DNA of 57,752 nucleotides from Candidatus Sericytochromatia bacterium (GCA_040400605.1 JBBAPZ010000005.1:147070-204821); one strand, 5' to 3'; positions 20,002-30,506 are shown, counted from the stretch's first letter. Made by a program: numbers and translations. The notes: generated by a model from the letters alone, not told the origin.

Positions 20002-20424
20002 ATGGAGACGGTTGAAGTCGCGCGAAGTTATGACGAACGTTACGAGGCGGGGTTGGCGCGTTACGAGGCGGGTGCGCTGCTTTCAGAGTTGATTCCCGTA
20101 TTTGTCGCTTTGCGTCAGGAAGCGTTTGATGTCCGGGTATCGGTTGCTCTCGGTTGGTTGTATACCTTGTCTGGCGATAAGGAGCGTGCGTTGCGTTTTT
20201 GCAAGGAGGCCAAAAGTGTTCCGCAGGGGCGTTATAACCATGCGTTGGCGTTGTTGACCTTCAATGAAAAGGGTGTTCGCCAGAAATTGGAGGAGGCTTA
20301 TCAACTGGGTGGTGAGGAGTCTCGGTTGGATGCCATCGAAAATCTGAAGGATGCGATTGCGCGTAAAGGGGGCGTTTATCCGGCAGCACAGAAAATGTTG
20401 GGATGGTTGAACGAGCAGCGTTAA
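20002..20424 (+). CDS. Small TPR-like protein resembling a conserved cyanobacterial family
   Basis: GLARYEAG..LIPVF, LGWLY, RYNHALALL..KGVR, ARKG..WL pattern; GAGGGG RBS. Confidence 0.7.
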   Translation: METVEVARSYDERYEAGLARYEAGALLSELIPVFVALRQEAFDVRVSVALGWLYTLSGDKERALRFCKEAKSVPQGRYNHALALLTFNEKGVRQKLEEAYQLGGEESRLDAIENLKDAIARKGGVYPAAQKMLGWLNEQR

Positions 20425-20439
20425 GGGTTTTGGTAAAGG

Positions 20440-21441
20440 GTGTTTGCGGCCATGTCTTCCTCGTATGGGATGCAGTTGGGTGATCGTCGCATTGAGAGTC
20501 CAGTGTGGCTTGCTCCGATGTGTGGGGTAGGTGATCGCGTTTTTTTGGAGATTTGCAGAAGCATTGACCCGCTGAGTGTGCTGGCCTCGGAGATGGTCAG
20601 TGCCAACGGGTTGGTCAACGGTGGCCGGCATACCACGGAAATGATTGATTTTGAGAATGTGGCCGGGCCGGTGATGATTCAGATTTTTGGCCATGAGGAA
20701 AGCCACTTGGCCAAGGGTTGCGTGATGATCGAGGAAGCGGGCGCTGACATTTTGTCGATGAATTTTGGCTGTCCGGCCAAGAAGATCGTCAAGAACTGTG
20801 ATGGCGCGGCTTTGTTGCGAACCCCTGAGCGCATTGGCGAACTGGTGTCAACCTGTGTTCGGGCGACGCGTGTCCCGATGGTTGCCAAGATGCGTATCGG
20901 TTGGGATGAGCAATCCCGCAATTACTTGGCCGTGGCGCGCATTTTGGAGGAGGCGGGTGCGCATGCGATCGCCGTCCACGGACGCACCCGTGAGCAAGGT
21001 TACAGCGGTGAAGCGGATTGGCTGGCCATCAAGGATATTCAAAAAGCGGTCTCCATTCCCGTGATTGGCAATGGAGACATCGACAGTCCGGAAACAGCGC
21101 GCAAACGCCTGGAGCAGACCGGTGTCGCGGGCATCATGGTAGGGCGTGCCGCAATGGGCAACCCGTGGATGTTGCAGCGCATCCGGCACTATTTACAGCA
21201 TGGTGAACTTTTGCCTGAACCGGGCGTGGCGGAAAGAATGGCGGTTGCCATCCGCCACGTTCAGGCGTTGGTTGATTGGCGGGGTGAGCGCTTCGGTGTC
21301 GTCGAAAGTCGCAAGCACGTCGCTTGGTACCTCGGTGGCATCCCACATTCGGCGGGTTTGCGAAAAAAAGTCAACCAAGCGAGCACTGTTGCTGAGATGC
21401 TGGCCTTGTTGCGCGAAGTGGCTCCCGTGATGGCGGCGTGA
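20440..21441 (+). CDS. dusB: tRNA-dihydrouridine synthase
   Basis: LAPM, NFGCPAKKI, KMRIGWD, VHGRT, GNGDI, MVGR. Confidence 0.93.
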   Translation: MFAAMSSSYGMQLGDRRIESPVWLAPMCGVGDRVFLEICRSIDPLSVLASEMVSANGLVNGGRHTTEMIDFENVAGPVMIQIFGHEESHLAKGCVMIEEAGADILSMNFGCPAKKIVKNCDGAALLRTPERIGELVSTCVRATRVPMVAKMRIGWDEQSRNYLAVARILEEAGAHAIAVHGRTREQGYSGEADWLAIKDIQKAVSIPVIGNGDIDSPETARKRLEQTGVAGIMVGRAAMGNPWMLQRIRHYLQHGELLPEPGVAERMAVAIRHVQALVDWRGERFGVVESRKHVAWYLGGIPHSAGLRKKVNQASTVAEMLALLREVAPVMAA

Positions 21442-21730
21442 CAGGGTTGCTGTGCGTTTAATGGTCGTCACGTGAAAAAGGGGTTTGCCACTTTCTGGTG
21501 GCGTTTTTTTTTGCAGTCATTCGACGCCTTGAACGGGAAATTTGGTCGGTCTGTGTGCGTGACGAAGACAGGGTTTTAGGCCTGGGGTCAACCAAAGCGT
21601 GAGGCATCGGTCGCGCGCTAAAACGTGTCTGGCGGGTACAGATACATCAGTGATTGACGAGCTGGTATTCAATGTCAGCCGAAGAATTTTTCATCAATCA
21701 ATGCGTGTCCATGTCAGTTCGGCGCACTGG

Positions 21731-22375
21731 TCAATCCGATTCGGTATCATCCGGTGCGACAGGCTCGTTCGGTTGGTGGGCCGATGATAGTCCCTTGAGT
21801 CGTTGCAGTAGTTCTTTGCGGCCCCGGCCACTTTTACTTGAAAACAAAAATGGCGTGAGCCCTAATTCTTGGGTAATGAATCGTGTGTTTTTCGCCAGTT
21901 CGGATTGTTTGAGTTGATCCACCTTGGTGAGCACAATCCAGGTCGGGAGATCATATGCCATCAAAAACTCGGCCATCTGACGGTCATTGTCTTGCAACGG
22001 ATGCCGGGAGTCCATCAAAAAAAGGACACCCTGCAACTGCGTGCGTCCGGCGAGGTATCGGGACAGTTCGCGTTGCCAATACGCTTGCTGGGTTTTGGAT
22101 ACCTTGGCGTAACCATAGCCAGGGAGGTCCGCCAACAAAAAAGGTCCAAAATCAAAATAGTTGATCAACTGTGTTCGGCCAGGCGTGCGACTCGTGCGCG
22201 CCAGTGCCTTTTGAAAAGCCAAGGTGTTGATCAACGACGACTTGCCGACATTGGAACGCCCTGCTACCGCATACTCGGAACGGTTGCCACTCGGGCATTC
22301 CTCCAGTTTGCTCGCACTCATCAAAAACTGAACAGGGGGCCCGTTGCTCAAAATCGATACCTCACGGTTCACCAT
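21731..22375 (-). CDS. engB: Ribosome biogenesis GTPase YihA/YsxC
   Basis: GRSNVGKSS, SRTPGRT, DLPGYG, TKVD. Confidence 0.95.
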   Translation of the reverse strand: MVNREVSILSNGPPVQFLMSASKLEECPSGNRSEYAVAGRSNVGKSSLINTLAFQKALARTSRTPGRTQLINYFDFGPFLLADLPGYGYAKVSKTQQAYWQRELSRYLAGRTQLQGVLFLMDSRHPLQDNDRQMAEFLMAYDLPTWIVLTKVDQLKQSELAKNTRFITQELGLTPFLFSSKSGRGRKELLQRLKGLSSAHQPNEPVAPDDTESD

Positions 22376-22946
22376 CTGGCGACGGTAAGATGGCCGGTAC
22401 GCGGTAACTCTTAACAGATGGCGGCGGCAATGATGGAAACAAGACGCTCGGAAGCGCCTCCACGCTCGGGGATGGGGAGAAAAGCACATAGCGCTTGTCC
22501 TGGCTCAACTCTTCAATTTTCTTTTTCAGTATCTCGAGCCGATAAGTATCGGTGCGAACATCAATGGTTTGGATCCACAGCTTGATCACTTTATCATTTG
22601 GCTTCAGTTTTTGCGCCTCCTGGAAACTTTTCAGCGCCGCATCCGTCTCCCCATCATAGAGTTCGGCGATGCCTCGTGCACGCAATTCATCAAATTTAAT
22701 GTTGTTAGTCAGTGCCCTGACCGGCGGCGGCGTTTTTGGCGGCGGCGCAGGGGTTGGCGGCAAGGTGGGTACAGGCGTTGCGGGCGGCGGCGTTTCGACA
22801 GGATTGGCATCACCGATACCAACCGCTTGATCCATGCTGGTTGCTTCACACGCGGTGAGCATCGACGTGATGACACACCCCGCCAAAAAACATCTAAAGC
22901 GGCGTTGCCACCGGGTTTCACTTGTGATGGGTCGCTGGTTTGTCAC
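22362..22946 (-). CDS. Lipoprotein with Pro-rich linkers and one TPR
   Basis: Lipobox LTAC; GIAELYDG..AALKSFQEAQKLKP. Confidence 0.7.
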   Translation of the reverse strand: MTNQRPITSETRWQRRFRCFLAGCVITSMLTACEATSMDQAVGIGDANPVETPPPATPVPTLPPTPAPPPKTPPPVRALTNNIKFDELRARGIAELYDGETDAALKSFQEAQKLKPNDKVIKLWIQTIDVRTDTYRLEILKKKIEELSQDKRYVLFSPSPSVEALPSVLFPSLPPPSVKSYRVPAILPSPDGEP

Positions 22947-23108
22947 AGTTGAATCCTGACTTCTACCTACAATGTGGCCTCGCCAACCACGCTCAGTCTA
23001 CCCACAAACACCCTTTTTTACCGTGCGCTTGCTTACAAAGCCCCCTCATGATGTCGCAGATTGTCTCAGCGTTTGCGCCTGCTATTATCACTGCGGGCCG
23101 TTCAGGGA

Positions 23109-24044
23109 TCAACCGTGACGATTTCTGGAATAATTTAACAAGGTTTGCGCATTGCGATAACCAACCTGATTCAGTTCCTCTGGTTGTAACGCTTGCAACA
23201 GGATGCCAAGCGCTCTGGACTGGCTGAACAGGGGGTAATCGGAACCGAACAGAACCCGCGTGATGCCCATCGCTGTGATTGCCTCACGGATGACGTGGGG
23301 TGTCTGCCAAGAGGTATCCGTGTAGACATTGGGGTAATCATGCCCTAGACGTAACACGTAACGATATTGATCCCATCCGATATGCGCCAGTACGATCGGG
23401 ACATCAGGAAAATCCCTGATCACGTATTCCAGGTCCCGGACATCGTTGGTCCCCTCAACCAACGGAAACGGGAAGGTACCTGTATGAATGATGACCGGCA
23501 AATGATGCTGCTTCGCCAATTCTATGAGTTCAAACATGCGTTCGCTCACCGGCTTTGGACCTGCAAGCGCGGGATGAATCTTAAGGCCCCGCACAACGCC
23601 CGTATCCATATAGGCGGCAAACTTTTCGGCAAAACCTGGATCAAGGGGGTTAACGGAACAAAAAATGTTGAACCTATCCGGGTAAAGACTTAGTGTCTCA
23701 AGTAAGTCAAAGGTTTCAAAGAACGGCTCAATGACACAGATGACAGTGCTTTCAATACCCAAGGAATCCATGCTGTCGAGCAGGTGTTGCGCCTGATAAC
23801 GATTAAACTTTCTGACCATTTCGGTGAAACCGAGATGTTTGAAATGCTGATAGTGGTTAATTAGCCACGGATGACGCCCGTAACGGGCAAACCAGTCAAT
23901 CCCGTGTTCGAGAACCGGTTCAAACAAGGTGCCAGCAAACTGGAGCACGTTCGTCATCAAATTCAGTTGCGGCAATAGCTCGCCACGGCCCTTCAGATGA
24001 CCATGAAAGTCGATGAACAGTCGCTCGCTGCGCGTAAACGTCAC
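23109..24044 (-). CDS. Amidohydrolase-2 family protein
   Basis: IDFHGH, GLKIHP, IIHTG, LAHIG, DTS, FGSDYP. Confidence 0.9.
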   Translation of the reverse strand: MTFTRSERLFIDFHGHLKGRGELLPQLNLMTNVLQFAGTLFEPVLEHGIDWFARYGRHPWLINHYQHFKHLGFTEMVRKFNRYQAQHLLDSMDSLGIESTVICVIEPFFETFDLLETLSLYPDRFNIFCSVNPLDPGFAEKFAAYMDTGVVRGLKIHPALAGPKPVSERMFELIELAKQHHLPVIIHTGTFPFPLVEGTNDVRDLEYVIRDFPDVPIVLAHIGWDQYRYVLRLGHDYPNVYTDTSWQTPHVIREAITAMGITRVLFGSDYPLFSQSRALGILLQALQPEELNQVGYRNAQTLLNYSRNRHG

Positions 24045-24066
24045 ACCGTCGCCTTTCCCAAGCCAT

Positions 24067-24732
24067 TCACGTTGGGGTCACGTCGTCATCTGATTCATCA
24101 TCCATGTCACGACTGGCTTCTTTGGACCCCCCCTGCGTGCGGTTTGTGCGGGCCTCGTAAAACCGTTGAAAATCAGTGGCCGTCACCCCGTGAATAAATG
24201 ATCGAAATTGCTTTGTCTCGGCTTGCGAACGACGGTTTACCCATTCGATTTCTTGCAGGAATTGCCCCACATTAAGGCTCAGCAGCGCAGCCGATGCCAG
24301 CATGGGTAACCCCTGTGCGATCGCAACCTGGATCGCTTCAGCCGCAGTCATCATCAAACGACGCAACTTGCCAGACGTTGTTCGAACAACCAGGCGACCT
24401 TGTACAAAAGGGCCGTGGCTGTCTTGTTTCGCACCGGAAATCGGATCCAATGGAACAAGCTCAATCCGTTCCAGAAGAAGGTCATTGTCTTCCAGGAATT
24501 CTCCCAGCGACTCGACGAGGCGCCTTGGGGTCTCTTCACGCCGCGGCGCTACCAAGGACACGATGGCTTCCACGCTTTCACGGCTTGTTTCAATCACAAA
24601 ACCCAGACGGTGCCGACGCGAACCGAGTATCAAGCCATCGCGTCCGTTCGGCGTTTCTTCGCCTCGAACTTCAAAAGCACCCAGGAGCGAGACTCGGCAG
24701 AGTTTGCTCGCCATGACGCCATCCTTTCTCAA
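24067..24732 (-). CDS. Degenerate bifunctional-nuclease (DUF151)-like protein
   Basis: Overall layout plus EAI.., AEAIQVAI..GLP and C-terminal FRSFIHGVTATDF; RPLTHD and DARPSD motifs are missing. Confidence 0.5.
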   Translation of the reverse strand: MRKDGVMASKLCRVSLLGAFEVRGEETPNGRDGLILGSRRHRLGFVIETSRESVEAIVSLVAPRREETPRRLVESLGEFLEDNDLLLERIELVPLDPISGAKQDSHGPFVQGRLVVRTTSGKLRRLMMTAAEAIQVAIAQGLPMLASAALLSLNVGQFLQEIEWVNRRSQAETKQFRSFIHGVTATDFQRFYEARTNRTQGGSKEASRDMDDESDDDVTPT

Positions 24733-24770
24733 TCGCCACAGTATAACACGGTCCTTGCATCGGCAAAGGT

Positions 24771-25361
24771 TCAGCGCTTTAAAAATGTCTGACGGTGAAT
24801 CTCACTGACGCCGAGGCGTGCGATCGCCTCGTAGTGCGCCTGTGTGGGATAGCCCTTGTGGCGCTCAAAGCCATAACCGGGCAATTTGGCCGCCCACTCA
24901 ACCATCATTTGATCCCGTGTCACTTTCGCCAATACCGATGCAGCGGCAATCGAGTAACTGCTGCCATCCCCGCGAATGATCGGCGTCTGCTTGACAGTCA
25001 GGCCGGGTATGGTCCACACGCCGTCCACGAGGAGGTGATCGACGCCATCCACCTCTGCCAGTGCGCGCTTCATGGCAAGAAAGGTCGCCTGCAAAATGTT
25101 TAGCGAATCGATTTCTTCAACGCTTGCCGTGCCGATGCCATAGGCCAAGGCGTGTTTGCGGATGCGATCCGCGTAGTACAAGCGCTTGCGCGGTGCCAAT
25201 TTTTTGCTGTCAGTCAAACCGTCGAACAGCGCCAGGACATCGACTCGCAGACAGACGCACGCTGCGACAACCGGACCTGCGAGGGGACCTCTTCCTGCTT
25301 CATCAATACCTGCAATGCGCAAAAAGCCAGCGTCGGATGCGTTTTGCTCGTGCTGCCACAA
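24771..25361 (-). CDS. rnhB: Ribonuclease HII
   Basis: GIDEAGRGPLAGPV, DSKKL, LLVDG, SIAAASVLAKVTRD, HKGYPT; likely TTG start at 25361 with AAGGAG RBS. Confidence 0.96.
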   Translation of the reverse strand: MWQHEQNASDAGFLRIAGIDEAGRGPLAGPVVAACVCLRVDVLALFDGLTDSKKLAPRKRLYYADRIRKHALAYGIGTASVEEIDSLNILQATFLAMKRALAEVDGVDHLLVDGVWTIPGLTVKQTPIIRGDGSSYSIAAASVLAKVTRDQMMVEWAAKLPGYGFERHKGYPTQAHYEAIARLGVSEIHRQTFLKR

Positions 25362-25446
25362 CTGTTTCGTCTCCTTTTTGTTCCTGACGGACGTGGGTTG
25401 CGCATGCTTGGCCGGGGGCGCACGGTGTGGTACGATATGCACGCAG

Positions 25447-28125
25447 ATGTCGACGCCGTCAACTATTGAACCATTTTCTGATGCCCTGATTGACGCTTTT
25501 TTAGCGACTCAGGCTTTTGCTTTGGATCCTTTCCAACTTGAGGCGATGCGCGCGCTGAGGAACGGTCAATCCGTGTTGGTTTCGGCGCCGACCGGTTCCG
25601 GGAAGACCATTGTTGCCGAGTTCGCAATTTTCGCTGCGAGGCATGAAGGCAAACGCTGCATTTATACGACGCCTCTGAAGGCGTTGTCGAATCAGAAGTT
25701 TCGGGATTTGCACGCCATAATGCCTGATGATGTGGGTTTGGTGACGGGGGATGTGGTAATCAACCCGGATGCTGCGATTCTTGTGATGACGACCGAGATT
25801 TTGCGCAACATTTTGCATGCGGATCCGGAGCGGGTCAGTGATGTCGCGTTTGTGATTCTTGATGAAGCGCACTACATCGGCGCGGATGGACGGGGAACAG
25901 TTTGGGAAGAAACCATTGTTTTTTTGGGTAAACACAGCCAGATTGTCGCCTTGTCCGCCACCATCCCGAACGCTGATGAACTGGCCAGTTGGGTGTCGAG
26001 CGTGCATCGTCCGATGTCTGTCATCACCCACGCCAAACGACCGGTGCCCTTGCTGCCCTTCGTTTATGTCAGTGACTTGGAGCCGCTTTACGACAAGCGC
26101 GGCAAGGTGCGGATCAAGGATTTCAAATCGCAGGGTTGGATCGATACGCCGCTTACGTCCCAGGTTGTCAAAGCGTTAGCGAAACAAAAGATGCTCCCGG
26201 CCATCTTCTTTGTATTCTCGCGTGTGGGGTGTGAACGGGAGGCCATGGATGTGCTGCGTTCCGGCATTCCGTTGACCACGCCTGATGAACAACGATCGAT
26301 TCGCGAAGCGGTCGATCGCGCAATTGAACAAACGCCTGGGTTACTGAACTCAAACCTGACCCGTGATTGGCTCAATCGCTTGCCCCAAGGGGTGGCGCCG
26401 CACCATGCGGGCCTGTTGCCCCCGCTTAAGCTTTTGATTGAGATTTTGTTTCAACGCAATCTTATCAAGGTGGTTTTTGCGACAGAGACCTTGGCGGCGG
26501 GTATTAACATGCCTGCTCGAACCGTGGTGATCACCAATTTATCCAAGCGCACGGATGAGGGCCATCGGTTGCTCACGGTTGGTGAATTTCAGCAAATGAC
26601 GGGCCGTGCCGGGCGTCGCGGCATGGATGAAGTGGGTTATGGGGTAGTTTTGGCGTCGCACCGTTATGAGGTGGCGGATGTCGTGGCAATGTTTCGGGGG
26701 CAAGCGGAGCCCCTGCGGAGCCGCTTCACCCTTAACTTCAATATGGTGGCGAACCTCGTGCATCATTACGAACGGGATCAGGCCAAGCGCATCGTTGAGC
26801 AGTGTTTTTCGCAGTTTCAGAACAACGCGACCATTCAGGACTTGACGCACTTGCGCGACACGGTTGCGCGACGTGCGGACACGCATGATGATGCGTGTCC
26901 GCGTTTTCCTGAAACCGAACGCCGCACCCCGTTGCTCGAAAAACACAAACGCTTGCGCGAACAGAAAGAGCAGGCGGCGGATGCGTTGCATTCGCTTGAG
27001 AAGAACCATCGTGGCACCAATTCCAAGGAGTTGATGCGCATGGTCTTGGCTGCGCCATTTCGCTCTTGGCTGGTCGTGCGCCGGCATCAGGATGATGCGC
27101 CCCAATTGGCGTTGCTGTTGGAAAAGCATCCAACGAAGCGGGATGTGCAGTTTAGCGTCTTGCTCGCCGGTGGTCAGGTGACTTTGTTGCGTTCTGACGA
27201 TTTGGTGGTGTCCTTGGGTTTGACTGTCACCGCTGTGCCAAGTGAGGTCATTCAGGCGGCACAGGGTTTGAGTTACCATCAGTTGCGTCAGGTCAAACTG
27301 GCATCCGGTCAGTGGCAAGCGTGGCTGGAAGAGTCGGGATTGGTTGATTTTGCGTGTCCGGTTCCGGCGGAGCCGACGGGACTGACTGCGGCTCGCGAGC
27401 GGTATCGCGTGGCGGTGGATCACTTTGAGGCCTCGCTGTGTTTCAATTGTCGTCACTACCGTAGCCGCTGTGTGCCAGAAGTGAAAGAAACACAAAAGTG
27501 GCAGCGTGAAGTGGCGGCGTATCAGGCGCAAATTGATGCGATTCGTGGCCTGTTTTGGCGGCAATTCGAATTGCTGGAAGGGATTTTGCGTGATGGCGAT
27601 TTCTTGCGTGGTCGAGAATTGTTGCCGCGTGGGGTGGCCTTGGCCAACTTGAGAACCTCTAACGAGTTATTGGCGGCGGAAGTGTTGACGAGTGGGATTC
27701 TGGAATCGTTGACGCCGGATGCGTTGGCTGCCGCCGCCAGCGCGATCGTCGCGGAGCCGATTCGCGGGCGCATGAATTGGCGACCGTTGCGTCCGAGCCC
27801 CGAGGTGGTGGATGCGACCGATACGATGATTGATCTCGCGCACGGTTTGAGCAGGCTCTTGAATCGCAAAGGTGCCCAAGACATGCCGTTGTGGGTTATC
27901 ACAGAGTATGCAGGGATGGTGCAGGCTTGGGCCACAAACGCGCAATGGAGTCACGTGACCGAGATGACCGGCATCGACGAGGGTCAGTTGGTGCGACACC
28001 TGCGTCAGGTGATTGATATGCTGCAACAGATGCGCGATGTTCCGGGGCTCGCGGAAGGGTTTCGCGATCGCCTCCACGACGCCGTCCAGCGGTTGGACCG
28101 CGACATCGTCAAGGAAGTCTTTTAG
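25447..28125 (+). CDS. helY: HelY/Ski2-like DEAH RNA helicase with DSHCT C-terminal domain
   Basis: APTGSGKT, PLKALSNQK, DEAH, LSATIPN, HHAG, ATETLAAGINMPA, QMTGRAGRRG, DEGQLVR. Confidence 0.92.
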   Translation: MSTPSTIEPFSDALIDAFLATQAFALDPFQLEAMRALRNGQSVLVSAPTGSGKTIVAEFAIFAARHEGKRCIYTTPLKALSNQKFRDLHAIMPDDVGLVTGDVVINPDAAILVMTTEILRNILHADPERVSDVAFVILDEAHYIGADGRGTVWEETIVFLGKHSQIVALSATIPNADELASWVSSVHRPMSVITHAKRPVPLLPFVYVSDLEPLYDKRGKVRIKDFKSQGWIDTPLTSQVVKALAKQKMLPAIFFVFSRVGCEREAMDVLRSGIPLTTPDEQRSIREAVDRAIEQTPGLLNSNLTRDWLNRLPQGVAPHHAGLLPPLKLLIEILFQRNLIKVVFATETLAAGINMPARTVVITNLSKRTDEGHRLLTVGEFQQMTGRAGRRGMDEVGYGVVLASHRYEVADVVAMFRGQAEPLRSRFTLNFNMVANLVHHYERDQAKRIVEQCFSQFQNNATIQDLTHLRDTVARRADTHDDACPRFPETERRTPLLEKHKRLREQKEQAADALHSLEKNHRGTNSKELMRMVLAAPFRSWLVVRRHQDDAPQLALLLEKHPTKRDVQFSVLLAGGQVTLLRSDDLVVSLGLTVTAVPSEVIQAAQGLSYHQLRQVKLASGQWQAWLEESGLVDFACPVPAEPTGLTAARERYRVAVDHFEASLCFNCRHYRSRCVPEVKETQKWQREVAAYQAQIDAIRGLFWRQFELLEGILRDGDFLRGRELLPRGVALANLRTSNELLAAEVLTSGILESLTPDALAAAASAIVAEPIRGRMNWRPLRPSPEVVDATDTMIDLAHGLSRLLNRKGAQDMPLWVITEYAGMVQAWATNAQWSHVTEMTGIDEGQLVRHLRQVIDMLQQMRDVPGLAEGFRDRLHDAVQRLDRDIVKEVF

Positions 28126-28143
28126 TGTGCGAACAGGTGATGT

Positions 28144-28839
28144 GTGATTGATATCGCATTGGCAGGGCCCATGGGCGTGGGCAAAACAACCTTGGCAGCT
28201 GCGCTCGTGCGTGAGCACCACTATACCCGAATGAGTTTTGCCAATCCACTGCGTTACGTGACTGAAGCGCTTCTGGGACGGCCCATCGATAAAAAACATG
28301 ATCGCGGCACCTTACAACGCCTTGGGCGTGCCGCACGCAACCCCGAGTGGTCGCGGCTCGATACCCCGTGGATTCAGGCACGTGTGTCTCGGGTTGAAGA
28401 ATTCGCGAGGCACCTATTTCCAGACGTGGATGATGCCCGGGTCGCCAAACTGTTTGACATACTGTATCACGAGGGTTACTCGTATGGTTGGGGTCATCCG
28501 GATTACTGGATGCAGCGGTGGCACCATGACTACTTGCGAACACCGCGGCCTGTGATTGTTGATGATGTGCGCTTTTTGGCTGAGGGCGCGTACCTTGGCA
28601 GCCTCGGTTTTTTTGTGGCGCGACTGGTTGTGCCACCAAGCGAGCGTCAGCAACGCATCATGGCACGCGATGGACATTGGGACCCTGCGTGGCGCGAGGA
28701 TCCGACGGAGGTGCAGGCGGATCGCATCGACGCCCACGTGATACTCGATGGCACTCAAGATGCTGCGCAACTGGCCGAAGTCCTCCACCAGGAGGCTTTT
28801 ACCTGGGCTTCCCGCACCCGCCTGCGGCTCCTCAGATAA
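28144..28839 (+). CDS. Deoxynucleoside-monophosphate kinase-like P-loop protein
   Basis: GPMGVGKTT, SFANPLR, LQRLG, PDYW, VDDVRFxxE. Confidence 0.7.
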   Translation: MIDIALAGPMGVGKTTLAAALVREHHYTRMSFANPLRYVTEALLGRPIDKKHDRGTLQRLGRAARNPEWSRLDTPWIQARVSRVEEFARHLFPDVDDARVAKLFDILYHEGYSYGWGHPDYWMQRWHHDYLRTPRPVIVDDVRFLAEGAYLGSLGFFVARLVVPPSERQQRIMARDGHWDPAWREDPTEVQADRIDAHVILDGTQDAAQLAEVLHQEAFTWASRTRLRLLR

Positions 28840-28845
28840 GGCCTG

Positions 28846-29217
28846 TTGTCGCCGTTCAGCTCAACTCTCCACGTGGAAACACTGAATTGCATCGCATTCA
28901 GATATGGAAGAAAGCTTGAAAATACTGATTTTGTTATTGGATTGGCCTTTGCAACCTACTTGGTGCTGACCTGGGGCAAGGCTTATTGGGGAAAACGATT
29001 AATCTTATGGGCCAAGAAGCGAGGATTTATTCTGGTTGATTGGCGTGGCGCAGCTGCTTGGGAAGGACCGGGAGCTTTTATTAGAGCCAATCAACAGGTT
29101 TTCCGGGTCAAAGTTCGAGACCGCGACGGCAAAATTATGCAAGGCTGGTTGTGCTTCGGAAAAAATCTAAATCCGTTCTCTGCACCGGATGAATTGTTGG
29201 AGGAAAGATGGGACTGA
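28846..29217 (+). CDS. Small AT-richer membrane-anchored hypothetical protein; start uncertain
   Basis: Hydrophobic segment followed by WAKKRGF..FRVKVRD..GWLCFG..RWD. Confidence 0.55.
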   Translation: MSPFSSTLHVETLNCIAFRYGRKLENTDFVIGLAFATYLVLTWGKAYWGKRLILWAKKRGFILVDWRGAAAWEGPGAFIRANQQVFRVKVRDRDGKIMQGWLCFGKNLNPFSAPDELLEERWD

Positions 29218-29243
29218 TTTTTCCATATTGACACAACGAGGTT

Positions 29244-30488
29244 TCACCCGCCGTACCGAGCCAGTTGCGCGCCGGGGTAATAGTGGGCCAGAATTTGCAT
29301 GTAGGAGTAGCCTTTCTCGCTGAGGGTTTTTGCACCCCACTGCGATAGTCCCAGGCCGTGGCCCCAACCGCGTCCCGCGAACGCAAAGCCTTGTGGTAAC
29401 GGGTTTCCGTCGATGTGTTTGGGTGCGAGGTTAAACAAGGTGCTCAGCAAGCCGGCCGCAATGCGAAAGGTTTCGCCTGAGATGACTTTGGATCCCTCGG
29501 TGCCGACGACGTTGATTTCTTTGACACGCCCCGAATAGGAGCGGGTAACGGGAATGAGTTGGGTGATATTGCCAACTGATATGCCGAACTTTGATAGCCC
29601 GCGCGCGAGCGCTGTCGTGTCGACATCGCGAAACCAGGTGTAGTTGGGTGATTGCTGGTCGAAATCAGGCACGGCGCGAATGTAGGGCAGGCGTTGATAC
29701 CAGACATCTTCACTGTTTTCGGTGTAGCCGCCGGCCGAGGAATGAAAATAACCTGGAACGATTCGACCGGCGTAGGTGACGACTTCGCTGCGTGTCTGAT
29801 CGATCGCCCGATTGGTGGCCAAATTTTCAACCGCGGCACCGGCATAGACCTGACACTCATCCGTGCCGCAAAAATCGTAACCCCGCGAACGATGCTTGCC
29901 CAGATTCGCCAAGGCATACGAACGCGCCGCTACCGCTTGGCTCTTTAGTGCGCCACTCGGCCAACTGCGCGGCATCTCTGCTGGCACTACCCCATACAGA
30001 TAATGCTCCAGTTCAACCAGGTTGATGACAGACACTCCGCTACCTTGCGTTTTCAATTCCAGCGCACCGCGATACCACCGTTTCCCTGCAAACACCAGCG
30101 ACTGGGAATTGGCCGCTTCAACAAACAGACGCACGTTTCCTGCCACGGTCAATGATTGGGTTTGGGGACCATTTAGCGTCAGGTTCCGCCCATCCGACGT
30201 CACGGTCCACCCTTCCAACGCCTGTACAGGCGCCAGACGGTTGCCTGAATCATCGTAAAACCAGCCCTTGGCTGATGCGCTGACCAGTGCTGAAGTGGCT
30301 TGGTACATCACACCAACCCGCAGACCCTCAGTCGCTCGCGCCGGGTAGCCAGAAACGCCCCAACCAAGATTGACGGCGATCACCAAACCCGTAAGCCGTA
30401 ACATCGTCAACCGCACCGGTACCACCCCCGCTACCTGTGAAAACACACCCCTTGATGCGCTTAGCATGCTAACAAGGGCACTTTGCAC
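29244..30488 (-). CDS. SpoIID/LytB domain protein
   Basis: YRG, LEHYLYGVVPAEM, ALKSQAVAARSY, CQVY, GWGHGLGLSQWGA, ILAHYYPG. Confidence 0.93.
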   Translation of the reverse strand: MQSALVSMLSASRGVFSQVAGVVPVRLTMLRLTGLVIAVNLGWGVSGYPARATEGLRVGVMYQATSALVSASAKGWFYDDSGNRLAPVQALEGWTVTSDGRNLTLNGPQTQSLTVAGNVRLFVEAANSQSLVFAGKRWYRGALELKTQGSGVSVINLVELEHYLYGVVPAEMPRSWPSGALKSQAVAARSYALANLGKHRSRGYDFCGTDECQVYAGAAVENLATNRAIDQTRSEVVTYAGRIVPGYFHSSAGGYTENSEDVWYQRLPYIRAVPDFDQQSPNYTWFRDVDTTALARGLSKFGISVGNITQLIPVTRSYSGRVKEINVVGTEGSKVISGETFRIAAGLLSTLFNLAPKHIDGNPLPQGFAFAGRGWGHGLGLSQWGAKTLSEKGYSYMQILAHYYPGAQLARYGG

Positions 30489-30506
30489 GGGTCAAGCGTA
30501 GCGGGA

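Noticed and set aside
21465..21480. parS-like TCACGTGAAA
   Set aside because: Only about 11 of 16 positions match and the left arm is broken
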